64,000 bases of DNA from Escherichia coli (GTDB lineage Bacteria > Pseudomonadota > Gammaproteobacteria > Enterobacterales > Enterobacteriaceae): NCBI RefSeq assembly GCF_003019035.1, contig NZ_CP027447.1; one strand, written 5' to 3'. This document shows, piece by piece, positions 30,923-43,555 of the stretch. A program made the position numbers and the translations under genes. Numbering within the stretch: position 1 is the stretch's first letter; each line of letters starts with the position of its first letter. The notes under the pieces are model-generated. The model did not search any database. It was not told the origin of the DNA and saw nothing but the letters and a program-made list of their open reading frames with translations.

Positions 30923-32901
30923 GTAAACGAATTGCGCTTTTTCCGGCGTTATTGCTGGCGCTGTTAGTGATTGTCGCTACGGCGCTCACGTGGATGAACT
31001 TCTCGCAGGCGCTGCCGCGCAGCCAGTGGGCGCAGGCCGCCTGGTCGCCGGATATTGACGTCATCGAGCAGATGATTTTTCACTACAGCTTGTTGCCGCG
31101 TCTGGCGATTTCGCTGCTGGTGGGCGCGGGCCTGGGGCAGGTGGGCGTGCTGTTTCAGCAAGTGCTGCGTAACCCGCTGGCGGAACCGACGACGTTGGGC
31201 GTTGCAACAGGCGCGCAACTGGGGATTACCGTCACCACGCTCTGGGCGATCCCAGGTGCTATGGCGAGCCAGTTTGCTGCGCTGGCAGGGGCTTGTGTTG
31301 TTGGCTTAATCGTCTTTGGCGTCGCGTGGGGGAAACGGCTTTCGCCGGTAACGCTGATCCTCGCGGGGCTGGTAGTGAGCCTTTATTGCGGCGCAATCAA
31401 TCAGTTACTGGTTATCTTCCATCATGACCAGTTGCAAAGCATGTTCCTGTGGAGCACCGGAACGCTGACGCAAACCGACTGGGGCGGCGTTGAGCGTTTA
31501 TGGCCGCAGCTGCTGGGCGGCGTGATGCTGACGTTATTGCTACTTCGCCCGTTAACCCTGATGGGGCTTGATGATGGCGTGGCGCGCAATCTCGGGCTGG
31601 CCTTGTCGCTCGCGCGTCTGGCGGCGTTGTCGCTGGCGATTGTCATCAGTGCGCTGCTGGTGAACGCGGTGGGGATTATCGGCTTTATCGGGTTGTTCGC
31701 GCCACTGCTGGCGAAAATGCTGGGGGCGCGGCGTTTGTTGCCACGGTTGATGCTGGCATCGCTGATTGGTGCGTTAATTCTGTGGCTTTCTGATCAAATC
31801 ATCCTCTGGCTGACTCGCGTGTGGATGGAAGTGTCTACCGGTTCGGTCACTGCGTTGATCGGTGCGCCGCTGCTACTGTGGCTGCTGCCGCGTTTACGCA
31901 GCATTAGCGCGCCGGATATGAAGGTCAACGATCGTGTCGCGACTGAACGCCAACACGTGCTGGCGTTTGCTCTCGCGGGCGGCGTGCTGCTGTTGATGGC
32001 TGTGGTGGTGGCGCTGTCGTTTGGTCGTGATGCGCACGGCTGGACGTGGGCGAGCGGGGCGTTGCTCGAGGATTTGATGCCCTGGCGCTGGCCGCGAATT
32101 ATGGCGGCGCTGTTTGCGGGCGTCATGCTGGCGGTGGCGGGCTGTATTATTCAGCGGCTGACCGGAAACCCGATGGCAAGCCCGGAAGTGCTGGGGATTA
32201 GCTCCGGCGCGGCGTTTGGCGTGGTGTTAATGCTGTTTCTGGTGCCGGGTAATGCCTTTGGCTGGCTGTTACCCGCAGGCAGTCTCGGGGCGGCGGTGAC
32301 GCTGTTGATCATTATGATCGCCGCCGGACGCGGTGGATTTTCCCCACACCGCATGTTACTGGCGGGGATGGCGTTAAGTACCGCGTTCACCATGCTTTTG
32401 ATGATGTTGCAGGCAAGTGGTGACCCGCGAATGGCGCAAGTTCTGACCTGGATTTCCGGTTCGACCTACAACGCGACCGAGGCGCAGGTCTGGCGTACTG
32501 GAATTGTGATGGTGATTTTGCTGGCGATTACCCCGCTGTGCCGCCGCTGGCTGACCATTTTACCGCTGGGAGGTGATACCGCACGAGCCGTGGGGATGGC
32601 GCTGACGCCGACGCGAATTGCGCTGCTGCTGTTAGCGGCTTGCCTGACAGCGACTGCGACAATGACCATTGGACCGTTGAGTTTTGTTGGTTTAATGGCA
32701 CCGCATATTGCGCGGATGATGGGCTTTCGACGGACGATGCCACACATCGTAATTTCGGCGCTGGTGGGTGGTTTACTGCTGGTGTTCGCTGACTGGTGTG
32801 GGCGGATGGTATTGTTTCCATTCCAGATCCCGGCGGGGCTGCTGTCGACCTTTATCGGCGCGCCATATTTTATCTATTTGTTGAGAAAGCAGAGCCGTTA
32901 A
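30919..32901 (+). CDS. fhuB: ferric hydroxamate ABC transporter permease (internally duplicated)
   Basis: 660-aa hydrophobic ORF; GTG start overlaps fhuD stop (GTGA). Confidence 0.95.
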   Translation: MSKRIALFPALLLALLVIVATALTWMNFSQALPRSQWAQAAWSPDIDVIEQMIFHYSLLPRLAISLLVGAGLGQVGVLFQQVLRNPLAEPTTLGVATGAQLGITVTTLWAIPGAMASQFAALAGACVVGLIVFGVAWGKRLSPVTLILAGLVVSLYCGAINQLLVIFHHDQLQSMFLWSTGTLTQTDWGGVERLWPQLLGGVMLTLLLLRPLTLMGLDDGVARNLGLALSLARLAALSLAIVISALLVNAVGIIGFIGLFAPLLAKMLGARRLLPRLMLASLIGALILWLSDQIILWLTRVWMEVSTGSVTALIGAPLLLWLLPRLRSISAPDMKVNDRVATERQHVLAFALAGGVLLLMAVVVALSFGRDAHGWTWASGALLEDLMPWRWPRIMAALFAGVMLAVAGCIIQRLTGNPMASPEVLGISSGAAFGVVLMLFLVPGNAFGWLLPAGSLGAAVTLLIIMIAAGRGGFSPHRMLLAGMALSTAFTMLLMMLQASGDPRMAQVLTWISGSTYNATEAQVWRTGIVMVILLAITPLCRRWLTILPLGGDTARAVGMALTPTRIALLLLAACLTATATMTIGPLSFVGLMAPHIARMMGFRRTMPHIVISALVGGLLLVFADWCGRMVLFPFQIPAGLLSTFIGAPYFIYLLRKQSR

Positions 32902-32907
32902 TAGAAT

Positions 32908-32928
32908 GCCTCGCCCGGTGGGCGAGGC
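32908..32928 (-). terminator. hairpin between convergent fhuB and hemL (likely hemL terminator)
   Basis: gcctcgcc-cggtg-ggcgaggc; on the minus-strand RNA followed by auucuauu. Confidence 0.4.
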
Positions 32929-32935
32929 AAAATCA

Positions 32936-34216
32936 TCACAACTTCGCAAACACCCGACGTGCAGCATCGATGGTGTTATTGATATCTTCCATGCTGTGCG
33001 CTACAGACATAAAGCCCGCTTCAAACGCTGATGGTGCCAGGTAAACACCTTCGTCCAGCATCATATGGAAGAAACGCTTAAAGCGTTCCACGTCACAGGC
33101 CATCACATCCTGATAGCACGTCACGGACTCGGCGTCGGTAAAGAAAATACCGAACATGCCGCCAACGTGGTTAACGACCAATGGAATTCCCGCTTCTTCT
33201 GCCGCTTCCAGCAGACCTTCTGCCAGACGTGTTGTCAGCTCATCCAGCGTTTCGTGAACGCCCGGCTGTGCGACTTCATTCAGACAGGCGAAACCGGCCG
33301 CCATCGCAATCGGGTTACCGGAAAGCGTACCCGCCTGATAGACCGGACCAGTCGGGGCCAGCGCATCCATTACATCACGACGACCACCGAATGCGCCTAC
33401 CGGCATTCCACCGCCGATGATTTTGCCGAGGCAGGTGAGGTCTGGCACCACGTCGTAATAATCCTGCGCACCAGCTAGCGCCACGCGGAAACCGGTCATC
33501 ACTTCATCGATGATCAGCAATGCGCCAAATTCGTCGCACAGTGCGCGCAGACCCGGTAGGAACTCTGGCAGCGGCGGAACACAGTTCATGTTGCCTGCTA
33601 CTGGCTCGACAATAATACAGGCAATCTCTTGCGGGTATTGCTCAAACGCGGCGCGTACAGAGGCCAGATCGTTATAAGTACAGGTTAATGTATGTTTGGC
33701 GAAATCTGCCGGAACGCCCGGCGAGTTTGGCTGGCCTAAAGTGAGTGCGCCAGAACCGGCTTTCACCAGCAGGCAGTCAGCGTGACCGTGGTAACAACCT
33801 TCAAATTTAATAATTTTGTCGCGACCGGTAAAACCACGGGCCAGGCGGATGGCGCTCATCGTCGCTTCAGTGCCGGAGTTCACCATGCGCACCATATCCA
33901 TGGTCGGGACCAGTTCGGTCACCAGTTGCGCCATTTTCACTTCCATTTCGGTTGGTGCACCAAAGCTTAAACCACGCTCGGCGGCTTCAATCACGGCATT
34001 GCGGATCGCCGGATGGTTATGGCCCAGCACCATCGGCCCCCAGGAACCGACATAATCGATATAGGCTTTGCCATCAACATCGTACAGATAAGCGCCGTCC
34101 GCTTTTTCGATAAACAGTGGAGTGCCGCCCACGCCAGTAAAGGCGCGAACAGGGGAGTTCACACCGCCAGGGATCAGCTCGCGCGCTGCGCTGTAAAGAT
34201 TTTCAGACTTACTCAT
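32936..34216 (-). CDS. hemL: glutamate-1-semialdehyde 2,1-aminomutase
   Basis: 426-aa [53 protein letters not shown]... Confidence 0.96.
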   Translation of the reverse strand: MSKSENLYSAARELIPGGVNSPVRAFTGVGGTPLFIEKADGAYLYDVDGKAYIDYVGSWGPMVLGHNHPAIRNAVIEAAERGLSFGAPTEMEVKMAQLVTELVPTMDMVRMVNSGTEATMSAIRLARGFTGRDKIIKFEGCYHGHADCLLVKAGSGALTLGQPNSPGVPADFAKHTLTCTYNDLASVRAAFEQYPQEIACIIVEPVAGNMNCVPPLPEFLPGLRALCDEFGALLIIDEVMTGFRVALAGAQDYYDVVPDLTCLGKIIGGGMPVGAFGGRRDVMDALAPTGPVYQAGTLSGNPIAMAAGFACLNEVAQPGVHETLDELTTRLAEGLLEAAEEAGIPLVVNHVGGMFGIFFTDAESVTCYQDVMACDVERFKRFFHMMLDEGVYLAPSAFEAGFMSVAHSMEDINNTIDAARRVFAKL

Positions 34217-34422
34217 GGAGGGTTCCTGATTCGTAGAAAAAGTGAATGGCTGCTATTCTATGTTATTCATAACAAGTTAAATACTCGTCAAACATCAGGC
34301 TGCTTGTACTGGTGCAATCCTGATTTCTTAGAGTATAAAAGTTTTGTGCATTTGAAACATTACGCTTTGCAAAGGATTTTCATGGAACGTGCGAGTAAAA
34401 TGCCGTCATCTTATTTGTATGA

Positions 34423-35862
<1,440 letters not shown>

Positions 35863-35943
35863 ACGAAATACCAGGGTATTAGATAATGGCGATTATTATT
35901 GGGTTAGAATTTGCCCAATTGCCGATGTCGTTTGGAGCAAAAT

Positions 35944-36288
35944 ATGAGTGATGACGTAGCACTGCCGCTGGAGTTTACCGACGCAGCAGCCAACAAAGTT
36001 AAAAGCCTGATCGCTGACGAAGATAACCCGAATCTGAAATTACGCGTGTATATCACCGGTGGCGGTTGCAGCGGCTTCCAGTATGGTTTCACCTTTGATG
36101 ATCAGGTGAACGAAGGCGATATGACCATCGAAAAACAGGGCGTTGGCCTGGTGGTTGATCCGATGAGCCTGCAATATCTGGTCGGCGGTTCCGTTGACTA
36201 TACCGAAGGACTGGAAGGTTCTCGTTTCATCGTGACCAACCCGAACGCGAAAAGCACCTGCGGTTGCGGTTCTTCCTTTAGCATCTAA
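35944..36288 (+). CDS. erpA: A-type iron-sulfur cluster insertion protein
   Basis: ORF 35911..36288; start at [20 protein letters not shown] (35944) with SD ggagca; C-terminal CGCGSSF. Confidence 0.95.
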
Positions 36289-36300
36289 TCTGTTGTTCAT

Positions 36301-36323
36301 GTGCCGGATAAACTATCCGGCAC
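36301..36323. terminator. hairpin between convergent erpA and yadS
   Basis: gtgccggat-aaact-atccggcac; followed on + strand by pyrimidine-rich aucuucucucuuc; no clean U-tract on either strand. Confidence 0.35.
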
Positions 36324-36334
36324 ATCTTCTCTCT

Positions 36335-36958
36335 TCAACGCCCATTCTCATCCAGCGCAAACGTCGGTAGCTTAAGATGCCAACGAATAGCCGCCAGCCG
36401 AATCAATAGCGTCACGACCATGCCCATCATACTGGCTGTTTCCAGTGGTACGGAAAATGTGTAATAAGCCGTAGCGTGGACAATACCGCCGATAATACAG
36501 GCTGTTGCGTAGATTTCTGTACGTAAAATCATGGGGATTTCGCGGGCCAGTACATCACGAATGATCCCGCCGCCAACGCCAGTAATGACGCCCATACAAA
36601 CCGCGATTAACGGACCGGCTTCCGCATTAAAGGCTTTATTCACGCCAATGCCGACAAACACCGCCAGACCAACGGCGTCCAGCACCGGCAACATCCATTT
36701 TGGTAAGCGTCTTGGCTGGCGCACCAGCACGATGGTCAGCATGCTGGTGACCATTGCAACGACCAGATCGGTGGGATCTTTCACCCAAAATACCGGGCCG
36801 TGATCCAGCGCCATGTCGCGAATTGTTCCGCCGCCTACTGCGGTAACCACGCCCAATACCAGAACACCAAAAGGGTCCATACGCAATTTTCCGGCTAACA
36901 AAACGCCAGAGATAGCAAATACCGCTGTGCCGACTATATCCAGCCAATAGACGAGCAT
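36335..36958 (-). CDS. yadS: UPF0126 family inner membrane protein
   Basis: 207-aa hydrophobic ORF MLVYWLDIVGTAVFAISGVLLAGKLRMDPFGVLVLGVVTAVGGGTIRD...; internal duplication of a GGG(T/I)IRD motif. Confidence 0.9.
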   Translation of the reverse strand: MLVYWLDIVGTAVFAISGVLLAGKLRMDPFGVLVLGVVTAVGGGTIRDMALDHGPVFWVKDPTDLVVAMVTSMLTIVLVRQPRRLPKWMLPVLDAVGLAVFVGIGVNKAFNAEAGPLIAVCMGVITGVGGGIIRDVLAREIPMILRTEIYATACIIGGIVHATAYYTFSVPLETASMMGMVVTLLIRLAAIRWHLKLPTFALDENGR

Positions 36959-36995
36959 TGTTCAATCCCCACTGAGCACCTGAAAAGGTCAGGCA

Positions 36996-37796
36996 CTAAT
37001 CTACCTGTGAAAGCGCATTACAGAGCTGTTGTGCAGCGAGGATAATACGTGGGCTTGCACGTTCAAACCAGTCACTCGTGAGAGGAATAACGGGAATTTT
37101 GAGCTGTTCACCCCAGTATTGTTTGATTTTAGGAATTTGGTCCGGTCCGCCTGTAATGACAATCGCCTGTGGCGAGCGTGCTAACACCTGTTCACGGCTA
37201 ACTTGCGGCCAGGGAACCCGGCTGTCTTTAAAGATGTTTTCTCCGCCACAAACTTCGAGTACCTGGTTTTGAATCGACTCTTTTCCACTGGTAAATGGCG
37301 GATTAATGCCGAATTGCAGAAAAACACGTTTTTTAGGTTTATCAGCATATTGCGCTTTCAATTGCGCGTACTGATCCAGCAGGGATTGCGCGGCTTGTTC
37401 GGCCTTATCCGGTTGCGGACTCCAGGGGGCCAGTTGACGTAACGCATTGGCAATTTGTTCAATGCTTGTCGCATCGACCCACATCACTTTTATTCCCAGC
37501 GAAGCCAGCTGGTCAACCTGCCGCTCGGCATTACCTCCACGCCAGGCAATCACCAGATCGGGTTTCAGCGCGACAATGCGTTCCAGATTCATCCCCTGCC
37601 AGGTGGAAACCTGCTCAATCTTTTGCGCTTGTAGAGGATAGTCGGAATAGCTGCTGACCCCAACCGGCGTGATCCCGGCGGCAAAGGCAAGTTCAGTGTT
37701 GGCGGGAGAAAGCGTGATGACGCGCGGCGCGGCATTGAGCCACAGCGGCGCGAGAAAAGACAGGGCGACCAGCGCCCTGAACAGTGACTTAGCCAT
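36996..37796 (-). CDS. btuF: vitamin B12 periplasmic binding protein
   Basis: ORF 36996..37823; start at [36 protein letters not shown] (37796); overlaps mtn stop by 8 nt. Confidence 0.93.
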   Translation of the reverse strand: MAKSLFRALVALSFLAPLWLNAAPRVITLSPANTELAFAAGITPVGVSSYSDYPLQAQKIEQVSTWQGMNLERIVALKPDLVIAWRGGNAERQVDQLASLGIKVMWVDATSIEQIANALRQLAPWSPQPDKAEQAAQSLLDQYAQLKAQYADKPKKRVFLQFGINPPFTSGKESIQNQVLEVCGGENIFKDSRVPWPQVSREQVLARSPQAIVITGGPDQIPKIKQYWGEQLKIPVIPLTSDWFERASPRIILAAQQLCNALSQVD

Positions 37797-38487
37797 GTGC
37801 CAGTTTCTGCACCAGTGACTCAACCATCAGGCTGGACTGTTTAGCGGCAACAGCCAGGAACTCATCGAAGCTAAGATGAGACTGTTGATCGGCCACGTCG
37901 GAGATGGCGCGTACTACGACAAACGGGACGTTGAAATTGTGGCAGACATGGGCGATTGCCGTCGCTTCCATCTCTACAGCAATGGCCTGTGGGAAGTTGT
38001 GGCGGATTTTCGCCAGACCAACAGAACCGTTGATGAATGCGTCGCCGCTAACAATCAGGCCACGTACAGCGTTAAGATTCAGTTCGGCAATGCAGGCCTC
38101 AGCGGCAGCGATCAGTTTATCGTCAGCTTTAAAGCCTGCCGGGCAGCCTGGTAACTGGCCGTATTCATAACCAAATGCCGTGACATCCGCGTCGTGATAA
38201 CGCGCTTCGTCCGAGACAACGATATCGCCCACTTTCAGCGTTGGTGCCAGGCCACCGGCAGAACCGGTGTTAATAATCACATCTGGCTTGCAGTGTTCCA
38301 ACAGCAGAGTGGCACCCAGCGCCGCAGCGACTTTACCGATGCCCGATTTCAGAAGCGCAACCTCGGTTCCATTCAGTTGGCCGGTATAGATTTCGCAACC
38401 GCCCAGACTGATAGTTTGACGGTTTTCGATTTTGTCACGCAGCAGCGTAACTTCTTCTTCCATTGCACCAATGATGCCGATTTTCAT
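37789..38487 (-). CDS. mtn: 5'-methylthioadenosine/S-adenosylhomocysteine nucleosidase
   Basis: 232-aa [56 protein letters not shown]... Confidence 0.95.
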   Translation of the reverse strand: MKIGIIGAMEEEVTLLRDKIENRQTISLGGCEIYTGQLNGTEVALLKSGIGKVAAALGATLLLEHCKPDVIINTGSAGGLAPTLKVGDIVVSDEARYHDADVTAFGYEYGQLPGCPAGFKADDKLIAAAEACIAELNLNAVRGLIVSGDAFINGSVGLAKIRHNFPQAIAVEMEATAIAHVCHNFNVPFVVVRAISDVADQQSHLSFDEFLAVAAKQSSLMVESLVQKLAHG

Positions 38488-38570
38488 AGATTTACTCGCG
38501 ATAAGCCCGATTTGAAGGCATAGTTTACCATGCGCTTACGGGGAAGCGTATTTCTCACGCGGGAGAGGAC

Positions 38571-40088
38571 ATGGCACAGATTGATTTCCGAAAAAAAATA
38601 AACTGGCATCGTCGTTACCGTTCACCGCAGGGCGTTAAAACCGAACATGAGATTCTGCGGATCTTCGAGAGCGATCGCGGGCGTATCATCAACTCTCCGG
38701 CAATTCGTCGTCTGCAACAAAAGACCCAGGTTTTTCCACTGGAGCGCAATGCCGCCGTGCGCACGCGTCTTACCCACTCGATGGAAGTCCAGCAGGTGGG
38801 GCGTTATATCGCTAAAGAGATTTTAAGCCGCCTGAAAGAGCTTAAATTACTGGAGGCGTATGGTCTCGATGAACTGACCGGGCCCTTTGAAAGCATTGTT
38901 GAGATGTCATGCCTGATGCACGATATCGGCAATCCGCCGTTTGGTCATTTTGGCGAAGCGGCGATAAATGACTGGTTTCGCCAGCGTTTGCACCCGGAAG
39001 ATGCCGAAAGCCAGCCTCTGACTGACGATCGCTGCAGCGTGGCAGCACTACGTTTACGGGACGGGGAAGAACCGCTTAACAAGCTGCGGCGCAAAATACG
39101 TCAGGACTTATGTCATTTTGAGGGGAATGCACAAGGCATTCGTCTGGTGCATACATTGATGCGGATGAATCTCACCTGGGCACAGGTTGGCGGTATTTTA
39201 AAATATACTCGTCCGGCGTGGTGGCGTGGTGAAACGCCTGAGACACATCACTATTTAATGAAAAAGCCGGGTTATTATCTTTCTGAGGAAGCCTATATTG
39301 CCCGGTTGCGTAAAGAACTTAATTTGGCGCTTTACAGTCGTTTTCCATTAACGTGGATTATGGAAGCTGCCGACGACATCTCCTATTGTGTGGCAGATCT
39401 TGAAGATGCGGTAGAGAAAAGAATATTTACCGTTGAGCAGCTTTATCATCATTTGCACGAAGCGTGGGGCCAGCATGAGAAAGGTTCGCTCTTTTCGCTG
39501 GTGGTTGAAAATGCCTGGGAAAAATCACGCTCAAATAGTTTAAGCCGCAGTACGGAAGATCAGTTTTTTATGTATTTAAGGGTAAACACTCTAAATAAAC
39601 TGGTACCCTACGCGGCACAACGATTTATTGATAATCTGCCTGCGATTTTCGCCGGAACGTTTAATCATGCATTATTGGAAGATGCCAGCGAATGCAGCGA
39701 TCTTCTTAAGCTTTATAAAAATGTCGCTGTAAAACATGTGTTTAGCCATCCAGATGTCGAGCAGCTTGAATTGCAGGGCTATCGGGTCATTAGCGGATTA
39801 TTAGAGATTTATCGCCCTTTATTAAGCCTGTCGTTATCAGACTTTACTGAACTGGTAGAAAAAGAACGGGTGAAACGTTTCCCTATTGAATCGCGCTTAT
39901 TCCACAAACTCTCGACGCGCCATCGGCTGGCCTATGTCGAGGCTGTCAGTAAATTACCGTCAGATTCTCCTGAGTTTCCGCTATGGGAATATTATTACCG
40001 TTGCCGCCTGCTGCAGGATTATATCAGCGGTATGACCGACCTCTATGCCTGGGATGAATACCGACGTCTGATGGCCGTAGAACAATAA
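38571..40088 (+). CDS. dgt: dGTP triphosphohydrolase
   Basis: 505-aa [24 protein letters not shown]...; HD-domain motif [13 protein letters not shown]. Confidence 0.95.
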   Translation: MAQIDFRKKINWHRRYRSPQGVKTEHEILRIFESDRGRIINSPAIRRLQQKTQVFPLERNAAVRTRLTHSMEVQQVGRYIAKEILSRLKELKLLEAYGLDELTGPFESIVEMSCLMHDIGNPPFGHFGEAAINDWFRQRLHPEDAESQPLTDDRCSVAALRLRDGEEPLNKLRRKIRQDLCHFEGNAQGIRLVHTLMRMNLTWAQVGGILKYTRPAWWRGETPETHHYLMKKPGYYLSEEAYIARLRKELNLALYSRFPLTWIMEAADDISYCVADLEDAVEKRIFTVEQLYHHLHEAWGQHEKGSLFSLVVENAWEKSRSNSLSRSTEDQFFMYLRVNTLNKLVPYAAQRFIDNLPAIFAGTFNHALLEDASECSDLLKLYKNVAVKHVFSHPDVEQLELQGYRVISGLLEIYRPLLSLSLSDFTELVEKERVKRFPIESRLFHKLSTRHRLAYVEAVSKLPSDSPEFPLWEYYYRCRLLQDYISGMTDLYAWDEYRRLMAVEQ

Positions 40089-40144
40089 CCAGGCTTTTGT
40101 AAAGACGAACAATAAATTTTTACCTTTTGCAGAAACTTTAGTTC

Positions 40145-40172
40145 GGAACTTCGCGCTATAAAACGAATCTGA
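40145..40172 (+). promoter_or_regulatory. sigmaE-type promoter of degP (with upstream GTAAA CpxR-like half-sites)
   Basis: -35 ggaactt (40145..40151), 16-nt spacer, -10 tctga (40168..40172), about 45 nt upstream of the degP ATG; gtaaa at 40099..40103 upstream. Matches the known sigmaE/Cpx control of degP. Confidence 0.6.
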
Positions 40173-40217
40173 AGAACACAGCAATTTTGCGTTATCTGTT
40201 AATCGAGACTGAAATAC

Positions 40218-41642
40218 ATGAAAAAAACCACATTAGCACTGAGTGCACTGGCTCTGAGTTTAGGTTTGGCGTTATCTCCGCTCTCTGCAACGGCGGCTGA
40301 GACTTCTTCAGCATCGACAGCCCAGCAGATGCCAAGCCTTGCACCGATGCTCGAAAAGGTGATGCCTTCAGTGGTCAGCATTAACGTAGAAGGTAGCACA
40401 ACCGTTAATACGCCGCGTATGCCGCGTAATTTCCAGCAGTTCTTCGGTGATGATTCTCCGTTCTGCCAGGAAGGTTCTCCGTTCCAGAGTTCTCCGTTCT
40501 GCCAGGGTGGCCTGGGCGGTAATGGTGGCGGCCAGCAACAGAAATTCATGGCGCTGGGTTCCGGCGTCATCATTGATGCCGATAAAGGCTATGTCGTCAC
40601 CAACAACCACGTTGTTGATAACGCGACGGTGATTAAAGTCCAACTGAGCGATGGCCGTAAGTTTGACGCGAAGATGGTTGGCAAAGATCCGCGCTCTGAT
40701 ATCGCGCTGATCCAGATCCAGAACCCGAAAAACCTGACCGCAATTAAGATGGCGGATTCTGATGCACTGCGCGTGGGTGATTACACCGTAGCGATTGGTA
40801 ACCCGTTTGGTCTGGGCGAGACGGTAACTTCCGGGATTGTCTCTGCGCTGGGGCGTAGCGGCCTGAATGCCGAAAACTACGAAAACTTCATCCAGACCGA
40901 TGCAGCGATTAACCGTGGTAACTCCGGTGGTGCGCTGGTTAACCTGAACGGTGAACTGATCGGTATCAACACCGCGATCCTCGCACCGGACGGCGGCAAC
41001 ATCGGTATCGGTTTTGCTATCCCGAGCAACATGGTGAAAAACCTGACCTCGCAGATGGTGGAATACGGCCAGGTGAAACGCGGTGAGTTGGGTATTATGG
41101 GCACTGAGCTGAACTCCGATCTGGCGAAAGCGATGAAAGTTGACGCCCAGCGCGGTGCTTTCGTAAGCCAGGTTCTGCCGAATTCTTCCGCCGCGAAAGC
41201 GGGCATTAAAGCGGGTGATGTGATCACCTCACTGAACGGTAAGCCAATCAGCAGCTTTGCCGCACTGCGTGCTCAGGTGGGCACTATGCCGGTAGGTAGC
41301 AAACTGACCCTGGGCTTACTGCGCGACGGGAAGCAGGTTAACGTGAACCTGGAACTTCAGCAGAGCAGCCAGAATCAGGTTGATTCCAGCACCATCTTCA
41401 ACGGCATTGAAGGCGCTGAGATGAGTAACAAAGGCAAAGATCAGGGCGTGGTGGTGAACAACGTGAAAACGGGCACTCCGGCTGCGCAGATCGGCCTGAA
41501 GAAAGGTGATGTGATTATTGGCGCGAACCAGCAGGCAGTGAAAAACATCGCTGAACTGCGTAAAGTTCTCGACAGCAAACCGTCTGTGCTGGCACTGAAC
41601 ATTCAGCGCGGCGACAGCACCATCTACCTGTTAATGCAGTAA
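40218..41642 (+). CDS. degP: periplasmic serine endoprotease/chaperone DegP (HtrA)
   Basis: 474-aa ORF with signal peptide; catalytic Ser motif GNSGGAL, His and Asp of the triad present; two PDZ domains. Confidence 0.96.
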   Translation: MKKTTLALSALALSLGLALSPLSATAAETSSASTAQQMPSLAPMLEKVMPSVVSINVEGSTTVNTPRMPRNFQQFFGDDSPFCQEGSPFQSSPFCQGGLGGNGGGQQQKFMALGSGVIIDADKGYVVTNNHVVDNATVIKVQLSDGRKFDAKMVGKDPRSDIALIQIQNPKNLTAIKMADSDALRVGDYTVAIGNPFGLGETVTSGIVSALGRSGLNAENYENFIQTDAAINRGNSGGALVNLNGELIGINTAILAPDGGNIGIGFAIPSNMVKNLTSQMVEYGQVKRGELGIMGTELNSDLAKAMKVDAQRGAFVSQVLPNSSAAKAGIKAGDVITSLNGKPISSFAALRAQVGTMPVGSKLTLGLLRDGKQVNVNLELQQSSQNQVDSSTIFNGIEGAEMSNKGKDQGVVVNNVKTGTPAAQIGLKKGDVIIGANQQAVKNIAELRKVLDSKPSVLALNIQRGDSTIYLLMQ

Positions 41643-41652
41643 TCTCCCTCAA

Positions 41653-41682
41653 CCCCTTTCTGAAAACGGGAAGGGGTTCTCC
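41653..41682 (+). terminator. terminator-like hairpin after degP
   Basis: ccccttt ... aagggg stem (41653..41677) followed by ttctcc; moderate. Confidence 0.45.
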
Positions 41683-41796
41683 TTACAATCTGTGAACTTC
41701 ACCACAACTCCATACATCTTCATCATCCTTTGGGCATTTGCACAATGCCGTACGTTACGTACTTCCTTATGCTAAGCCGTGCATAACGGAGGACTT

Positions 41797-42954
41797 ATGG
41801 CTGGCTGGCATCTTGATACCAAAATGGCGCAGGATATCGTGGCACGTACCATGCGCATCATCGATACCAATATCAACGTAATGGATGCCCGCGGACGAAT
41901 TATCGGCAGCGGCGATCGTGAGCGTATTGGTGAATTGCACGAAGGAGCATTGCTGGTACTTTCACAGGGACGAGTCGTCGATATCGATGACGCGGTGGCA
42001 CGTCATCTGCACGGTGTGCGGCAGGGGATTAATCTACCGTTACGGCTGGAAGGTGAAATTGTCGGCGTAATTGGCCTGACAGGTGAACCAGAGAACCTGC
42101 GTAAATATGGCGAACTGGTCTGCATGACGGCTGAAATGATGCTGGAACAGTCGCGGTTGATGCACTTGTTGGCGCAGGATAGCCGTTTGCGGGAGGAACT
42201 GGTGATGAACCTGATTCAGGCAGAGGAGAATACTCCCGCACTTACTGAATGGGCGCAACGGCTGGGGATCGATCTCAATCAACCGCGAGTGGTGGCTATT
42301 GTTGAGGTCGACAGCGGTCAGCTTGGTGTGGACAGCGCAATGGCGGAGTTACAACAACTGCAAAACGCGCTGACTACGCCCGAGCGTAATAATCTGGTGG
42401 CGATTGTCTCGCTAACCGAAATGGTGGTGTTGAAACCGGCGTTGAACTCTTTTGGGCGCTGGGATGCAGAAGATCATCGTAAGCGAGTTGAACAACTGAT
42501 TACCCGCATGAAAGAGTACGGCCAGCTGCGTTTTCGCGTTTCACTGGGCAACTATTTTACCGGTCCTGGCAGTATTGCCCGATCCTATCGTACGGCGAAA
42601 ACGACGATGGTGGTGGGTAAACAGCGAATGCCAGAAAGTCGCTGCTATTTTTATCAGGATCTGATGTTGCCTGTGTTACTCGACAGTTTGCGTGGCGACT
42701 GGCAGGCCAACGAACTGGCGCGACCGCTGGCGCGGCTGAAAGCGATGGACAATAACGGCTTGCTGCGGCGAACGCTGGCGGCGTGGTTTCGCCACAATGT
42801 GCAACCGCTGGCAACGTCAAAGGCGTTGTTTATTCATCGTAATACTCTGGAATATCGGCTTAATCGTATATCGGAACTGACCGGGCTTGATTTGGGCAAT
42901 TTTGATGACAGGTTGCTGCTGTATGTGGCGTTACAACTGGATGAAGAGCGGTAG
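41797..42954 (+). CDS. cdaR: carbohydrate diacid regulator CdaR (SdaR)
   Basis: ORF 41779..42954; start at MAGWHLDTKMAQDIVARTMRI (41797) with SD ggagga; C-terminal HTH (PucR-type). Confidence 0.93.
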   Translation: MAGWHLDTKMAQDIVARTMRIIDTNINVMDARGRIIGSGDRERIGELHEGALLVLSQGRVVDIDDAVARHLHGVRQGINLPLRLEGEIVGVIGLTGEPENLRKYGELVCMTAEMMLEQSRLMHLLAQDSRLREELVMNLIQAEENTPALTEWAQRLGIDLNQPRVVAIVEVDSGQLGVDSAMAELQQLQNALTTPERNNLVAIVSLTEMVVLKPALNSFGRWDAEDHRKRVEQLITRMKEYGQLRFRVSLGNYFTGPGSIARSYRTAKTTMVVGKQRMPESRCYFYQDLMLPVLLDSLRGDWQANELARPLARLKAMDNNGLLRRTLAAWFRHNVQPLATSKALFIHRNTLEYRLNRISELTGLDLGNFDDRLLLYVALQLDEER

Positions 42955-42961
42955 GTTGATT

Positions 42962-42994
42962 ACAAAATTACAGCCGGGTGAGACTTTACCCGGC
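42962..42994 (-). terminator. terminator after yaeH (between convergent cdaR and yaeH)
   Basis: Stem gccgggt (42973..42979) / acccggc (42988..42994); on the minus-strand RNA followed by uguaauuuugua. Confidence 0.5.
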
Positions 42995-43007
42995 CCACAG
43001 AATGACA

Positions 43008-43394
43008 TTATTTACGCGTCAGTTTTTCCAGATCGGCTTCAATCTCGCTGATCTTATTGGTTACTACTGACTCCAGGTGACGTAAGTCGTCGAGGATCTT
43101 ACGCTTAAGATCAACTTCGCTGCGGTCACGCTGGCAGATTTGATCAAGCTCATCAATGATATACCGTAGATTCGGGCTGATTTCCTGGACTTCTTTATAA
43201 CCCTGACCCACACCATCAGCGACGACCGTTTTACGCTGACGCGGATATTTAAACTTCACGCTCTTGGCGAAAAACTCGCCTTTGTCTTTCTGGAAATAGA
43301 TTTTCAGAATATCGTTGTTGGCTTCCTGCCGGAGGCTGTAACGATCAATTTCTTCAGGATTGGTAATACCCAGACTTTTCAGATTGTCGTACAT
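43008..43394 (-). CDS. yaeH: UPF0325 family protein
   Basis: 128-aa [51 protein letters not shown]... Confidence 0.92.
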   Translation of the reverse strand: MYDNLKSLGITNPEEIDRYSLRQEANNDILKIYFQKDKGEFFAKSVKFKYPRQRKTVVADGVGQGYKEVQEISPNLRYIIDELDQICQRDRSEVDLKRKILDDLRHLESVVTNKISEIEADLEKLTRK

Positions 43395-43555
43395 AGCGTT
43401 ACCTCAAAATGAGTCAGTAAATTGTGCTTATTTTAGCATTTGGCCTGGCCCGCCCGGCTCGACTGTGATCGCAGAAAGCCTTTTTCTTCCAGACTTCTAT
43501 CATGGCGTAAAAATCAAAAAATTACCTGCTTTATTGTGGCGATAAAATTCACGTT

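Noticed and set aside
31422-32821. Multiple 70-110 aa minus-strand ORFs inside fhuB
   Set aside because: GC-rich antisense frames within a confidently assigned permease gene; Ala/Arg/Ser-rich translations without motifs.
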